From positions 125,800,001 through 125,864,000 of the forward strand of contig CM059431.1 of NCBI GenBank assembly GCA_030390025.1: DNA of 64,000 bases, in the 5' to 3' direction. Both the position numbers and the translations under genes were made by a program. The notes under the pieces were generated by a model. That model saw only the letters and a list, made by a program, of their open reading frames with translations. It had not been told where the DNA came from and ran no database searches. Positions 19,601 through 32,570 of this stretch are shown piece by piece (the stretch's first letter is position 1; each line of letters begins with the position of its first letter). This DNA is from Squalus acanthias. Its lineage: Eukaryota.

Positions 19601-22354
19601 GGGCTTGAATTTGTAGCAAATTTGCACAAATCAAAAACACGGCCTAAAAGATTGAGGACTTTTGGGCATAAGTGAGCTTTTCATGTGCGCCACAGATGTC
19701 CATGCCCAAGCGTATCTCCACCCACAAAACTGGCCCTGGTTCCAATTGTGAGTATCCTGCAAAAATGCTGCTTCGGAGCGACTCTTCAAAATGCGCCAAG
19801 ATTTTTAGGCACACATGAAGCAGGCACAAATCTTTATCACTGCAGACAGGCATCGAAATGATTTTCGAGATTTTAAAGGTTAAAAATGTCTCTCTTGCTG
19901 GCTTTACTCCTGTTATATGCTCTAATGGAGGAGGAGGAACAGTAGGAAAAAAAACAGAGACAGGAGGCCCAGAGAGTGAGGCACCACCAGTGGAGACTCC
20001 ACCCCATTTGCGGGTACCCGGCCCAGAGATTTTACAGGCCTCGACTGACATTCGAAGAGATGTCTGAGGAGCTGACTTTGTGATGGCTTCAGTTTATAAA
20101 GGATGCCATTGGCCGACAGTGCGACTTGCTCCATGAGGACTTACAGCTCAAGCCACATGTGGCAGAGCCTTAACTGTAGAGATGAAGGTAACCATGGCCT
20201 CCAACTTCTACAGGTCTGGATACGTCCAGGCATCCACGATGGCCTCTGCAGGATTAGGTCAAGGGGCTATTAGGGCCTGCACCTGGCAGGTAAGTGATGC
20301 CCCGTTCTGTAGGGCTGAAGAGTTTATTAAGTTTGGAATGCCCTTACAGCTGCAAAAACAGAGGGCATTAAGTTTCTACTGGCATTACTGATGAACACAT
20401 GTGGCACGAAAGGCTCCACTTCAGAACCCGCATAATTACATGAACAGAAGGGCCTACCACTCCCTTAATGCCAAATTGGATTGCGTTGCACAGCTGCATA
20501 TCTTGCAAGCCTGTCACGATTCACTCATTGTCCGCAACTCAGTAATCGCACGCATGTTATGATCTGGAAAGTACCGCCTGAAAGGGTGGTGGAAGTAGAC
20601 TCACTAGCAACTTTCAAAAGGGAGTTCAATATACACATGAAAAGGAAAGATTTGCAGGGCTATGGGGAAAAAGCAGGGGAGTGGGACTAATTGATATTTC
20701 TTTCAAAGAGCTGGCACAGGTACGATAGGCTGGATGGCCATCTTCTGTACTCTATGATTCTATGATTCTATGTTCGGGAATGGGAGCCCAGTGGAAGGAT
20801 GGATAATTGGTGATGAGGTTTACCCCCCTGCTGCCATGGCTCATGACACCTTTTCATATCCCCCAGACTGAGGTGAAGGAGAGGTTCAATTAGGTACATT
20901 CTTCCACTAGGCCGGTGATCGAGAAGATCATCGAGTGCTGAAGAGCCACTTCAGGTATTTGGACAGGTTGGGGGTGTCCTCCAATATTCCCCAGCGCGGG
21001 TAGTGAGGACAGTCGTCGTGTGCTGTACCCTGCACAACTATGCCATGATGGAAGGTCTAGAGCTAGATATAGAGGGGCCAATTGAAGGAGAAGAGCCTGG
21101 ATTATGGGAGTCAAGGGACGTGGCATGTCCGCAGGAGGCATCGCTTTGAGAGGGCAGGGCATTCAGAGCACAGCTCATGGCGCAAGCTTTCACCCAATGA
21201 GAGCCAACGCAGGGGTTTCCAAACAGAAGAAGAGACAGACACAGGTTTAACTAAATTATATTTTGTTTTATTACAAGGTATTTTTCATAAAAATAACTGC
21301 AAATTGCTAAAATTAAATTATAAATTTTACAAAAAAAGGTAACCTTTACTTTGAACTTTTAACAAATTGTTAATATCACTCTGAGAAAAATATTTTAACT
21401 TCAAACATTGCAATGTTAAACTCTCTTTGAAATTAGAATGACTATTTACAAATATATAAATTTTAATGAACAATTACAATAGTTTGGAAATATTGCCAAC
21501 CTCATTTTATGCAATGTAACCATAGTGGTGCAGCAGCCCAGCAGTTTCACTGCCTTATCCTCGTGGGGGTTGAGATTACAGATGATTGGGACACCACCCC
21601 CATCTTATCCCTCTCCCGGGCTTTGGGAGCAGCATTCTTGCCCAACTAAAAACAAAATTAGAGAAAAATTAATCTAAGATGCTACAAAATAACTACTTGT
21701 CTGCATCTTTGAGGGTATTTGCTGCAAGGTCACCGATCAGACAGTTCCGCCGGAGATTTAAGTGTGGTGCCCACAGTGGACAAAGAAGAAACTGACAGCA
21801 TGGTGAATGTCTTACCTTCCCTGCTCTGGTCAGGTCATTGAATTTCTTACGGAATGCTCTGCCATCCTGGGCATGATTGACATGGCACTCAGTGCCTCTG
21901 CCACCTCTGTCCCCACTGCACGTGAGGGCTGGGATGTGTGGGATGTGATGAGCTGACTCCTCCTTAATTCGATTTCTTCTGTAAGTCTGCCATCTGTTAT
22001 TAAGGGAACATTTGAGACAATTGAGAGTCTGTACAGAGCTGTTTAAATTAATTGCTTTGATATTTGAAGACAGAGACCTGTGGGCTGCTTACCTTGCACT
22101 CTCCAGCCTTACTCTGAGGGGAATATTTATTTCCCCCCCTCGAGCATCCACCCCAGAACTTTGAGGCCCAATTGGTTTAGTGCCAATTATGTTCAAATCA
22201 TGCTGGATAATTACACAAATTACACCCATTTTACGTAGTCTAATTAGATTGGCTGGGAATTCTGGTGTATCTTGAGATCGGGATAATGGATGCAGGATTG
22301 GACACATTTTTGGGTCTACCTTCTGTGATCCGCCCATGCAGGAAAATCCAGCTC
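19601..22354. mobile_element. Degenerate PIF/Harbinger transposon
   Basis: Ends GGGCTTGAATTT / AAAATCCAGCTC. HARBI1-like remnants on + and a Myb/SANT exon remnant (KFNDLTRAGK|gtaag) on - near 21815-21850. CR1 3' fragment inserted at ~20563-20772. Confidence 0.7.
20130..21060 (+). pseudogene. HARBI1-like transposase pseudogene
   Basis: Pieces read LTVEMKVTMASNFYRSG, THVARKAP..YMNRRAYHSLNA, GWIIGDEVYP, HSSTRPVIEKII..LKSHFRYLD. These parallel the transposase at 47431-48523. Confidence 0.75.
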
Positions 22355-23678
22355 TCCACATGTATTCATGACTTTACAAATTGCTAAGGGCATGTTGGGT
22401 AAGGTACAATTCATGCACATTGCTCTCCAATTACTTTTATTGCATTGAAATTGCATAGGCGTAAAAATGCATTTTCAATCTGTCAGACATCTGGGACCTT
22501 AGAGATAAAGGGCTCTGCCCTCAATTTTCAAATTAGCACTTTAAAAACTTTGCTGTTGTGTCCTTCAGTTGCATTTTCTTTCTTGGTACTAAACCTCCAC
22601 AATGTGCTTTGGACCTTTGTGCATTGAACTCAATCTTCTTGTCTTTTTATTCAATCTTTTGGAGGTCTTTAATGTATTTTCTGTAGTTTAATGGTATTCA
22701 ACTAGTAGTTTAAATAAACAGTAAAAAGCACTACCAACTCATGGAATTGTTACCACGAGTCTCTAAAGGTCTGCCAAACAATAAATTAAATATAATATCT
22801 GCCTTCATACCATGCTTCATGTATTTTGGTTAGAATACATTATTTACTACTCCTATTAAATGGCTTGTAAGTTCTCTGGGATATTGAAATGTCCCTTTGC
22901 TAGCTTCTGATAGGTGAACATACACTAAGAAGATTAGACTTTGGCGATTAACAAAATCTTATGTCTTTACACAATTTGTAACATTAACTGGTCTCCATCA
23001 TGAATGTTTAATCTTTTGTGTTGGGTGTGTCAAAGAATCAACAGTTACTGCTAGGTTTTGGTCTTTTATGAGCCAATGCCAGAACACTCCATTGCCCCAC
23101 CCCCCCTCCATTTTATCCCTGATTCAGGATTCATACTTATTATCTCAGAGGCCTCTTTACTTTAATAGTGGAAATTCCTGTTCCTGTTCCCTCATGAGAT
23201 AACCAGATTTTCCAATCTTATAGGCTTATATTTATTAGTCCATACTTTGAAATTGGGACATTTTGCCTTTACAGCACTTGGCCGTGTGCCTTGCTGAGGT
23301 AGGTGGAATTAATATCTAGGGAGACAGCAATGAATTCAGGTGGGAGTTCAAAGAAAAGGCAAGGACATTATAATGTAATGTGGTGGACACAAAATCTGAG
23401 GTAGACATATTCTGTAATGGACCAGAAACAGAAAGGGAGAGTGAAATCAATGGCGCAAAATGAGAAGGATGACTTAAGAAGCATGAGGTGAGAAGGGAAA
23501 ACTTTAAATTTGGAGAGCATGGCAGACCTGAGTGATGCTCAGTGGAATTTGAAGATTTGGGTCAGATCATCTCTGAGATGCAGAACTGGCTCTTGAAGTT
23601 GCAAAAAGGGAGAGTTCCTAAACATGGAAATGGGGCAATCTCTAAAACAAAGAGATGATTAAGGATCCTAAAGACATG

Positions 23679-24576
23679 GGGGGAGAAATTCAGTATCGCC
23701 CCATTTGGGGCGCAATTATCGGCCGGGCGCAAAGATTAGCACCTGGCGCTAATTATCGCCACCTGACTGCAAACTTGACTTTTATCGCCCCTGGAGGTGA
23801 TTGGAGCGCTAAATCAGGCGCTTCACACCTGTCTTAAGGCGCAAAGCCCGAGGAGCGAGGCGCTACCTCAGAGCGCTGGCGAAGCTCATGTGATGTCAGT
23901 CAGCAATGGAACACACACACAATGGCACGGGCCAGTTCTTAAAGGGGATAGTTAATCTTGCTTTCCATCCACATCCTGCTCATTGCAGCCTTGAATCTCG
24001 GCCTGGAGAGACCTGCACATCAAATCTGCTGGAAAGAACAATGGAGAGTAACAGGCAAAGAGCTGAGAGTGCAGCCCCCACAGTCTCTTCTAAATCAATA
24101 CAAGGAATGGCAAATCAAAATGAACCTGCAAAGTGCTGCTCAGTACCCAAAACTCCTTCACACAATGTTGAATCTCTCCAGAAGTCTCTCTCTCTCTCTC
24201 TCTCTCAGAATGCATGGTTCAAAAATGGCACCAACAATAAAAGGCAGGAAGTGGTCACCTTTAAATAGCGCTCCCCCAGTCCCTTCATGACTGCAAAATG
24301 CTCCCCTCAACCTGTCGTTGCTAGCGTCAGGCAGTAAGGCAGGGGGCGCCACTCAATATCCGCTCCGGGGCGATACCGGGGCGTTGCGCACTCGAGTGAT
24401 GTCACGATCTGCCGGCGCAGGAGATCGTGGCAGTAGTGTTTAGCGCCGCCGCAAAATGTCTAGTTAATTTCGCGAGCGGCGCAAGCTTCGCCGTGCCTGG
24501 GCGCTAGATGCTTTGCGCCCCATTAGCGCCCTCTTAAGGCGCTAACGGGAGGCGCAACCAACTGAATTTTTCCCCC
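23679..24576. mobile_element. Harbinger deletion derivative / MITE
   Basis: TIRs GGGGGAGAAATTCAGT / ACTGAATTTTTCCCCC. Internal remnant resembling a Myb/SANT gene start (MESNRQRAESAAP). (CT)n at ~24185-24206. TSD not clean. Confidence 0.7.
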
Positions 24577-24798
24577 TCGGAGTCATCCAGGTAAGCTCAG
24601 AGAGGTGAAGCGATTCAGAGAGTTGAAGTATAGACATAGGGAGGCCATCAGAATTTCAGAGACAAGCAAATGTTTAGGATGGTGGATCTGGGAGACACAG
24701 GGGCAAGCGCAACGACTATCTTGGCAGCAGAAGGGATGAGTTGGAAGGCACAGAACACATGAAAGAATAGAATCACAGGTATAAATCTGATACCTATT

Positions 24799-25520
24799 GG
24801 CCTGGAGTTTCTGCTCGGTTGCCCTGGTTTATTTGGTGCACTTCGCCCGAAATCAGCGTAAACAGCGCAAAAATCACGTAATTATAAGCACAAATTACAT
24901 TCAGCGCAACTCGAGTTTCCGCGATCTGTTCCACTAGCTTCCAATAGCACACTAGAAGCCGACCCCACTTACAAAACTGGCCACGCCCCCAGATCGAATT
25001 AATCACCATTGGGAGTTTCCGCTAATTGTGCTCGATTGCAGGCCTTTGAGGATGCTCTAAAATTTAAGCTGGTTCTTTTTGGCGCAAGGACACTAATAGA
25101 CATGTTTTAAGCGCTTTTCAATTTTTTTTAATTTACTAGGAAACTGAGTACTGTACCCCAATATAACTAGCAAATGGTTCTGTATAATTTTTAAAAGTCA
25201 TTTTCAGCCATTTAAAATCAGATTATTCACAGGCGGTGGATTGACACTGTGATTAAAAATGTGTACTTCTTGTGATAAACCCATTTTCAGCTGTATTAAT
25301 CAAACTGCCCCTAATTACCACTCTTAAATATAACAAGGAATCAAGGAATATTTATTAAAGCAAATTTTTATTTTTTTTAATTACATTTTAAAACGCTGTC
25401 CGATTGCGCTGGTTCATGGCAGATTTTGTGTTTGGTGATATGCAAATGAGTTTGAGCTGAAACTCGAGAAAAAAAAAACACTCTTTAAAACGGGCGCAAT
25501 TTTGGGTGCAATTTGCGGCC
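24799..25520. mobile_element. Harbinger-type MITE
   Basis: GGCC termini with imperfect TIRs and ATT on both flanks (24796-24798, 25521-25523). Confidence 0.65.
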
Positions 25521-26742
25521 ATTATACCTCATTTTCAAAATTGTGAAAAATCATCAACAACTTAAGAACCGGGGATAATTTTAACACAGCTCCTGACTAA
25601 AAGACTGCACCAGAAAAGATGACAAAGACTACTTTATATCTGGTATCTTGCAATAGTTTTCTCTCTCTGTTTGAGGGAGTGACGAAGTGTTTGTGTGTGT
25701 TAGAAACAAACTGGTGTTAATATGCAGTCTAGGCTAACAAGGGTCAGCTGTTTTTTTTTAATGATCACATTATGATTCCCTGCTGTCTTTATTAATTGGC
25801 TAACAGTGCTATCTAGCTAATCATCTTGAGCTGGAGGTCAATAGCATTTGTCAATTATAAATTGATGTCCTTGTCATTACAAATTTCTATCCAAATCTCT
25901 TTTACCATCTTCCAAGATGATGAGCATAGTCACCTCTGCACGGCTTCTACTAGACCTCCGTGTGGAATGCAGTAACCCCAAAACAGTTACATCTAGTTTT
26001 GGAGGAATATGTTCTTGTAACAACCTTGTTCTGATAGAATCTGAACAATTCCAACTGTGCTTATTGGTATGCAATAAATGTGAAGGATAAATATATTGCA
26101 ATTACATAATTTACAGTTCAGCCTTATATTAACTAACAAGTCCATCCACCTATTTACAGCTAACCCGACAAATGGATGTATTAAAGTGTAAATGGGATCC
26201 TGGTGCATAATCTTTGGAACCGTTTGAAAGTATTCTGGCAAAATATAGGCAGGACTTTAAATGCAATTCCTGAGAGTAATATTTTTCTCAGTACTAGGGT
26301 GTCGTACTGGGTGAATTTGTGGAATCAATACCCCAGAGATGTATCACTAGAAACCCAGTACTTTGCTCACAGCTGCAAAAAAAGTAATTCGAAGGCACAG
26401 GTGATCTATGAGTTCTCCTACTTCTGCTGACTTGCAATGTGAGAAGGCTTTTCCTCGTGAGAGATGCATGTTGATCACTTTTGAAAGACAATACACCGCA
26501 GAAGTTGTGTCATCCACTAAACTTATTCCCTTACAATACGAGTCTATACCGAAAACCAGGACACTGTTATGATGCAAGTTAATGTAAAATTTCCTTCTGT
26601 GGTGCTGGCATTTAAAATTAAATAATTCCTGTACTGCTTTAGTATGAAAGAAATCGAAGAATGGCTGTGCAACTTTATACTGTACAGTCATAGACAAAAT
26701 AAAACTTGACCAATAAAAAAAAACCCTAAAAGTAAAATCTAC

Positions 26743-27914
26743 GGCCTAGAAATTCAATTGCGCAGAGCCCGTTTTTGGGCGAGAAACGGGCACTGAAGGG
26801 CCCAATGTGGTGTGCGATGTGCATGAGTCTAGTCCACAAAGGAAGTGCCGTGTACCCTATGCTGGTTAGCATGCCCTGTAGTTGTTCAGGGAATCTGCCT
26901 AAAGCAGGCACGTTGTCAATGCAATTCGGGGGCCTAATGCCTGTTTCAGGCCTATTTGCCAAATTGGATCCTGATTACGGCAGGCACCATAAATGCAGCG
27001 CTCAGTTTTCTCAATGCACCCCAGCCAAACCAGTGGTCTTTATAGGGACCGCTGGAGGCCGCCACCAAAAAGCGAAGTATAAAATTCTATACTTATCTGA
27101 TTGTGGATCCAGGTGGAACAGGTGTGCTCCTCTTCATCAGTGTCAGCTGTGGCTCAGTTGGTAGCACACTCGCCTCTGAGTCAGAAGGTTGTGGGTTCAA
27201 GCCACACTCCAGGGACTTGAGCACATAAAGCTAGGCTGGTGGAGTGCTGCGCTGTCGGAGGTGGCGTTTTCTCAGATGAGACGTTAAACCGAGGCCTTGT
27301 CTGCTCTCTCAGCCGGATGTAAAAGATCCCATGGCACTATTTCGAAGAAGTGTAGGTGAGTAATCCCCAGTGTCCTAGCCAATATTTCTCCCTCAATCAA
27401 CATAACAAAAAAAAAACGATTATCTGGTCATTTTCACATTGCTGTTTGTGGGAGCTTGCTGTGTGCAAATTGGCTGCTGCATTTCCCACATTACAACAGT
27501 AAGTACTTCATTAGCTGTAAAGCGCTTTGAGACGTCCGGTGGTCGTGAAAGGCGCTATATAAATGCAAGTCTTTCTTAGCTCCAGATTAAAACTACAGGC
27601 TGCTGCTGATCAACACTCAACCACACTATCCCCCCGCCCCACCCCGCCCCCCCCCCCCCCCCCACCACCGGCCCCCAAGATTGCCTCACCTACCCCCCTC
27701 AGACTTACCTACTGACTTTGGCCTACATCCCAGAAGGCAGATCTTGCTGCCTCGCGATTGGCGTGCTGTCTCTGGGGCCATGACTGGTGCTCACCGGCAC
27801 TATACAATTGATGCCAGCGGACCAGATTCATGTGATCCTGCCAGCGTCCTCATTCGGCGCATGTAGCAGCACCCGCATCGCATCTAAATTCAGGAGTGAT
27901 CTAATTTCTACGCC
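26743..27914. mobile_element. Harbinger-type MITE with nested SINE
   Basis: TIRs GGCCTAGAAATT / AATTTCTACGCC; flanks TAC / TAA. Confidence 0.7.
27141..27576 (+). mobile_element. Deu-domain SINE (SacSINE1-like), near full length
   Basis: tRNA head (TGGCTCAGTTGG, GGTTCAAGCC), central AAAAGATCCCATGGCACTATTTCGAAGAAG domain, and L2-like tail GGCGCTATATAAATGCAAGT resembling the L2 end at ~38325-38350. Confidence 0.85.
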
Positions 27915-29493
27915 TAAAACTTTAAACTAAGTACTTTGGGATTAGACCTTTCTTTTAAATTGAAGTGTGCTTTAAATTTTTAAATGTTATGGTACTTTTC
28001 CAGCACATTTTATACTAATTTTATAATCAAAATTTAAATTAACCACTTTTTTAAAATATCAACAGTGATTAGAATTAAAAATTGTAGCCCACAAAATTAA
28101 TTTGAATAGATGGGCCAAACAGGCTGCTTGTTGGAGATTAATTTTGTGAGGTTATGGTGATTTTACAAGTGCCGCACCAGCAGCAGTTTCTCACGTGCAG
28201 CCAGTGTGTATCGGAGACCCCCGTGCCATGGGCCTCGCAAAACCTACCCTTAATTTATCTTGATGAACTATCATTTCTATGTTTAAAAATAAACTCTGGT
28301 TGAAATCAGGTTAATTATTATCATGAGTGATAGCTGGAAACGGAAGCAGTCCATAAAGTTTACTTAATTCAGATAAATTCAAGACCTCAGGCGATGTATT
28401 AATCAGACACTTGCAAATGCTAATAACAGTGACAGTTTGTAATCTTCTCAAAACAGGATGCATTACTAAAATTGCTTTATTCCACCTAATCTATTAGCTC
28501 CCCTCCCCTTCTCTACTAAATTCACCATCTACCCCTGAGGTATGGTTCCCTGGGCACCAATTGCCCTCCTACATATCCACCAAGTATGTGAGTAGAGACT
28601 GCTGACAGGCTATCTGACACAGCTGAGCCTGTTCCTGTCCTCACCTGAAATCTATACATTCACAGTACCAGCAGGATAGAGAGCAGAAGTAGGGACCCTG
28701 GTTGATTTTTGAATCGTAGAATCATAGAATGGTTACAGCAGGGAAGAAGGCCATTTGGCCCGTCGAGCCCGTGCCGGTTCTCTGCAAGAGCACTTCAGGT
28801 AGTCCCACTCCTCCGCCCTTTCCCCGTAGCGCTGCAAAATGTTTTCCTTCAGGTATTTATCCAATTCCCTTTTGAAAGACATGATTGAGTCTGCCTCCAT
28901 CACCCTGTCAGGCAGTGCATTCCAGATCCTAACCACTCGCTGAGTAAAAAAGATTTTCGTCATGTCGCCTTTGGTTCTTCTGCCAATCACCTTAAATTTG
29001 TATTCTCTGGTTCTCGACCCTTCTGTCAATGGGAACAGTTTCCCTCCATCTACTCTGTCCAGACCCCTCATGATTTTGAACACCTCTATCAAATCTCTTC
29101 TCAATCTCCTCTTCTCTAAGGAGAACAACCCCAGCTTCTCTAGCCTTCCACATAACTGAAGTCCCTCATCCCTGGAATCATTCTCGTAAATCTTTTCTGC
29201 ACCCTCTATAAGGCCTTCACATCCTTCCTAAAGGACGGTGCCCAGAATTGGACACAATACTCCATCTGAGGCTGAACCAGTGTTTTATACAGGTTCATCG
29301 TAACTTCCTTGCTTTGTACTCTATGGGCTCGATTTTGCGTGTGGAAACCCCTGACCCAATGAGCCTTTTCATACAGAAAGTCGCCTCCGATGATGTCATC
29401 AATGCTGCTGGATTTAAGGCCTGCAAGCAGCCTTGCTTCTTTTAGAGACTTTAAACTTTATGCCCATTGTTGTGATCACTTCATTCAGCAACT

Positions 29494-31398
29494 ATGTCCA
29501 GCAGCAGGCCAAAGTGTGCTCCAAGGTTCGATGAGGCCTCCCTCCAAGCTCTGGTGGAGGGAGCAAGATCAAATAAGGAGGTGTTCTTCCCTTCCTCAGG
29601 GAGGAAAAAGCCTCCCCAGCAGACTAAAGCTGTGTGGCTGCAAGTGGCCCAGGAGGTCAACTCTATGTGCCGCAGAACCTGGCTGCAATGCAGGAAGAGG
29701 TTTCATGACCTTCTCTGCACAGGAAAAGTGAGTTTGACTTTCCCATCACCCTCACTCTGCTTTGCCAACCTCTTCCACCACATCCCACTTGACACTTACA
29801 TCCCTGCACCCTTACCCATTCCCTCTCTCTCTATGGGCACATTCACTTAACTATTCGACCATACAGCCCTCACACTCCCTATCACTGTGATGCAATGACA
29901 ACAACTTACAACACACAGGGAGAGCCCTTTGTCTCCTTCTAAGCATCTATGCTATGGATTCTCTACACTCACTCCTTCATTCTCACTCAAACTCCACTTG
30001 TGTCCCTCATTGCAGGAAAAGAGAGCCCACAATAAGAGGGAAAGATCGAGGACAGGAGGAGGGCCACCCTCAGTAGCCCAGCTCACCACCTCGGAGGAGG
30101 TGGCCCTGGAAATCGCCGGTGTCGAGGATGATTCGCAAGTCGGGGATGAACAGACGGGCTCATCACAGCAAATTGGTGACAGAATAGTTTGGCATCTCTC
30201 TCACTGACATTGCATGAGTGACTGATAATGATTCTGATACTCTAACAGATTGACTTATGATCATATGCACAATTCAATATGCATGTAACCTTTACCTCAC
30301 ATCTCTAACTCTTTCCTTTACTCCCCCACAGGACCATCTACAGCCCCTGTCCCCACTGTCCAGGAGGAACAGCCTGAGCCTCATGACTCCTCAGAGGAAG
30401 CTGCAACCTCTGAGGGTGCAGCGTCAGCAGAATTCAGCGCACCCAGCACCAGCGCAGACACTCACACCTCGGTGGGACCTTCGTGAGATAGAGTAGTGTT
30501 ATCACCTGGTGTATCACAGCTCACAAGTGAGCATCAGCAGATGGTGGAGACAGGGACAGCAGAGGAGAGTCCTCGTCAGAGGGCGCAGGACTCTGCCAGC
30601 TCGGCTCAGCTGCATGTGGACCCTGTGCCTCCGGGTCCATCCAGAAGGAGAGCGGTGCTGGAACTCCAGGAACAGGTGCAGGAGTCTCTGGCAGGTTTTG
30701 TCTCCAGGGTCGCTACGAGTGTGGAGGGAATGGAGGAGTCCATTGCGAACATGAGCAAAGCCTTTGTGGAGGCATTGGCGCATGAACGTATCACCATGGA
30801 AAGGATGGCAACCTCCGTGGAAAGGATGGCTATGGTAGAGGAGAGGCTGGCTACGGCCATGGAGGAGCTAAGTTGCCAGAGTGTTGAAAACATGGTTATT
30901 GTTCAGAATAGACTGACATCTCTTGATGAACGATGGTCAGCTATTGAGCATAGAAACCAGACCTTCATGGAAGTCCTCTGGAGTAGGACTTCTAGTGCAG
31001 AAACGGGTCCTCATGGCCCCCCTGAAGTGCAGCAAGGTGCTGTCAAGCCACTTGCTAGCTCTGAAGTGGGGCTGACCCATGAGAGGGATGTTGGTGGCAG
31101 ACAACAAGGAAGTGGGGACTCCTCTCCAAGTGCTCACACGACCATGCCACTGCAAATCCCTCAGTCAGAGCCCCACCAGAGTCCTCACTCAACTGAGATG
31201 GGTGTCTCAGCCCCTGCACAGCCGCAGGAGCAGCGGACTGTTGCCGAGCCCTCACAGGCTCGCAACCCCAGAGGACGGCCGCCAAAGGTGTCGAGACAGG
31301 AACAGCAAGAAAGTGAGCAAGGGGCCTCCAAATCTGCTGAAGCCACAGGGGAAGCACCACGTAGGAGCACATGTAAGAGGAAGATAAAGCACAAGTAG
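29494..31398 (+). pseudogene. Harbinger Myb/SANT-like DNA-binding protein gene, 3 exons (29494-29727, 30016-30175, 30332-31398), one premature TGA at 30484
   Basis: APRF..LQALVE..WLQVAQEVN..RTWLQCRKRFHDL followed by EKRAHNKRERSRTGGGPP. GT-AG introns join in phase 0 and phase 1. Confidence 0.85.
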
Positions 31399-31433
31399 TC
31401 ACAAGGGTCCTCACTTGGGTGTTCTGTTATATT

Positions 31434-32148
31434 GGCCCAGAAATTGATCCCGCGACGCGAGAGTACGCACTGCGTACTCTCGCGTATTCCCACTCCAATT
31501 GCCGGTTTTCTGCATGCCCTGCGCATGCGCTGAAAACCGGCAATTGCTCTTTTGAAAAGGGGGCGGTTCCTCGGTGCATCGCGCTGCACTTCATGCTTTG
31601 GACGCGCAGGTAAGTACTGAAGATTTTAGAAATGTAAAAAGGAGGAGTAAGACCCACTTTTAAGACGGTAAGTAGTGAATTAAGTATTTTTTTGAATTTT
31701 TTTTAACAGGTATATCTTTTTTAGAGACTTTAAAGACAGGTAAGTTTATTTTTATAACTTTATAAAAGATTTAAAATTTTTTCAAAAATTTTATTTTTTA
31801 TTTAAAATGGTTAATTTAATTAACTATACTTATTTTATTAATGTGATGGTTTTTTTTTTATTTAATTGAGGTTTAGCTGTTATTTTGGGGGGTGTAAGAT
31901 TCATAGATTTCACAGCACCTATGTGAAACTTATGAATGGAAGATGGTGTGCTGCCATTGGCTCTAACTGAGTCACGTGATCCCACAGCTCGCACGAATTC
32001 ACTACGCCGCTGGGATACGCAAGCACTGCCCAGCTGATCTCTAGAACATCAAGTTCGTGCGAGCTGGATCTGAAAAAGCACAAGCGAGGTGAGAGATCGC
32101 GGGAAAGCCTTACCCCCGCGGGAACAGAGCGAGATCAATTTCTGGGCC
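31434..32148. mobile_element. Harbinger-type MITE nested in the Harbinger element
   Basis: Perfect 16-bp TIRs GGCCCAGAAATTGATC / GATCAATTTCTGGGCC; TSD ATT. Confidence 0.9.
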
Positions 32149-32375
32149 ATTGTTTTTGACAAGCCATCCTTGTAATGTTATGATAAACAGATTTGATGGC
32201 AAACTGTTGAAGTTGTGGCCTGTGTCATCTCAATAAATGGGACTTCCACATTGAGGGCTTAGGGCGACTTGCAATTGTCAGTATGGTGGTCAGAGTGATA
32301 GGAATCCGCAGGTTCTGCTCTATTGTCGATGCTCTGGTAAGAAGGTGCAAGGCAAAAGTGTTCTGATTGTGCAGG

Positions 32376-32570
32376 CTAAGCAAATCTGGCCAACATGAGT
32401 GCATCCCTTGCATCCCGGGCAGCAATGTGGTCACACGCTGGCACCTTGTGGCCTGTGCAGCTTCAGGTGGGTGAGCAGCAGCTTGGTGCTCCTGTTGTTG
32501 CTGCTGCTGTTGGTGCTGCTGTTGTTCATGGTTCTGCTGCTACCGCGGCTGGTCTTCATCTTGATCTGAT
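32376..32570 (-). pseudogene. Transposase remnant (Gln-rich stretch joined to the C-terminus)
   Basis: Minus strand ends HIAARDARDALMLARFA*, resembling the [12 protein letters not shown] end of the transposase at 47431. No catalytic core is visible. Confidence 0.55.

Noticed and set aside
25877..26697. Minus-strand ORFs as host exons
   Set aside because: No recognisable protein motif or consistent splice structure.
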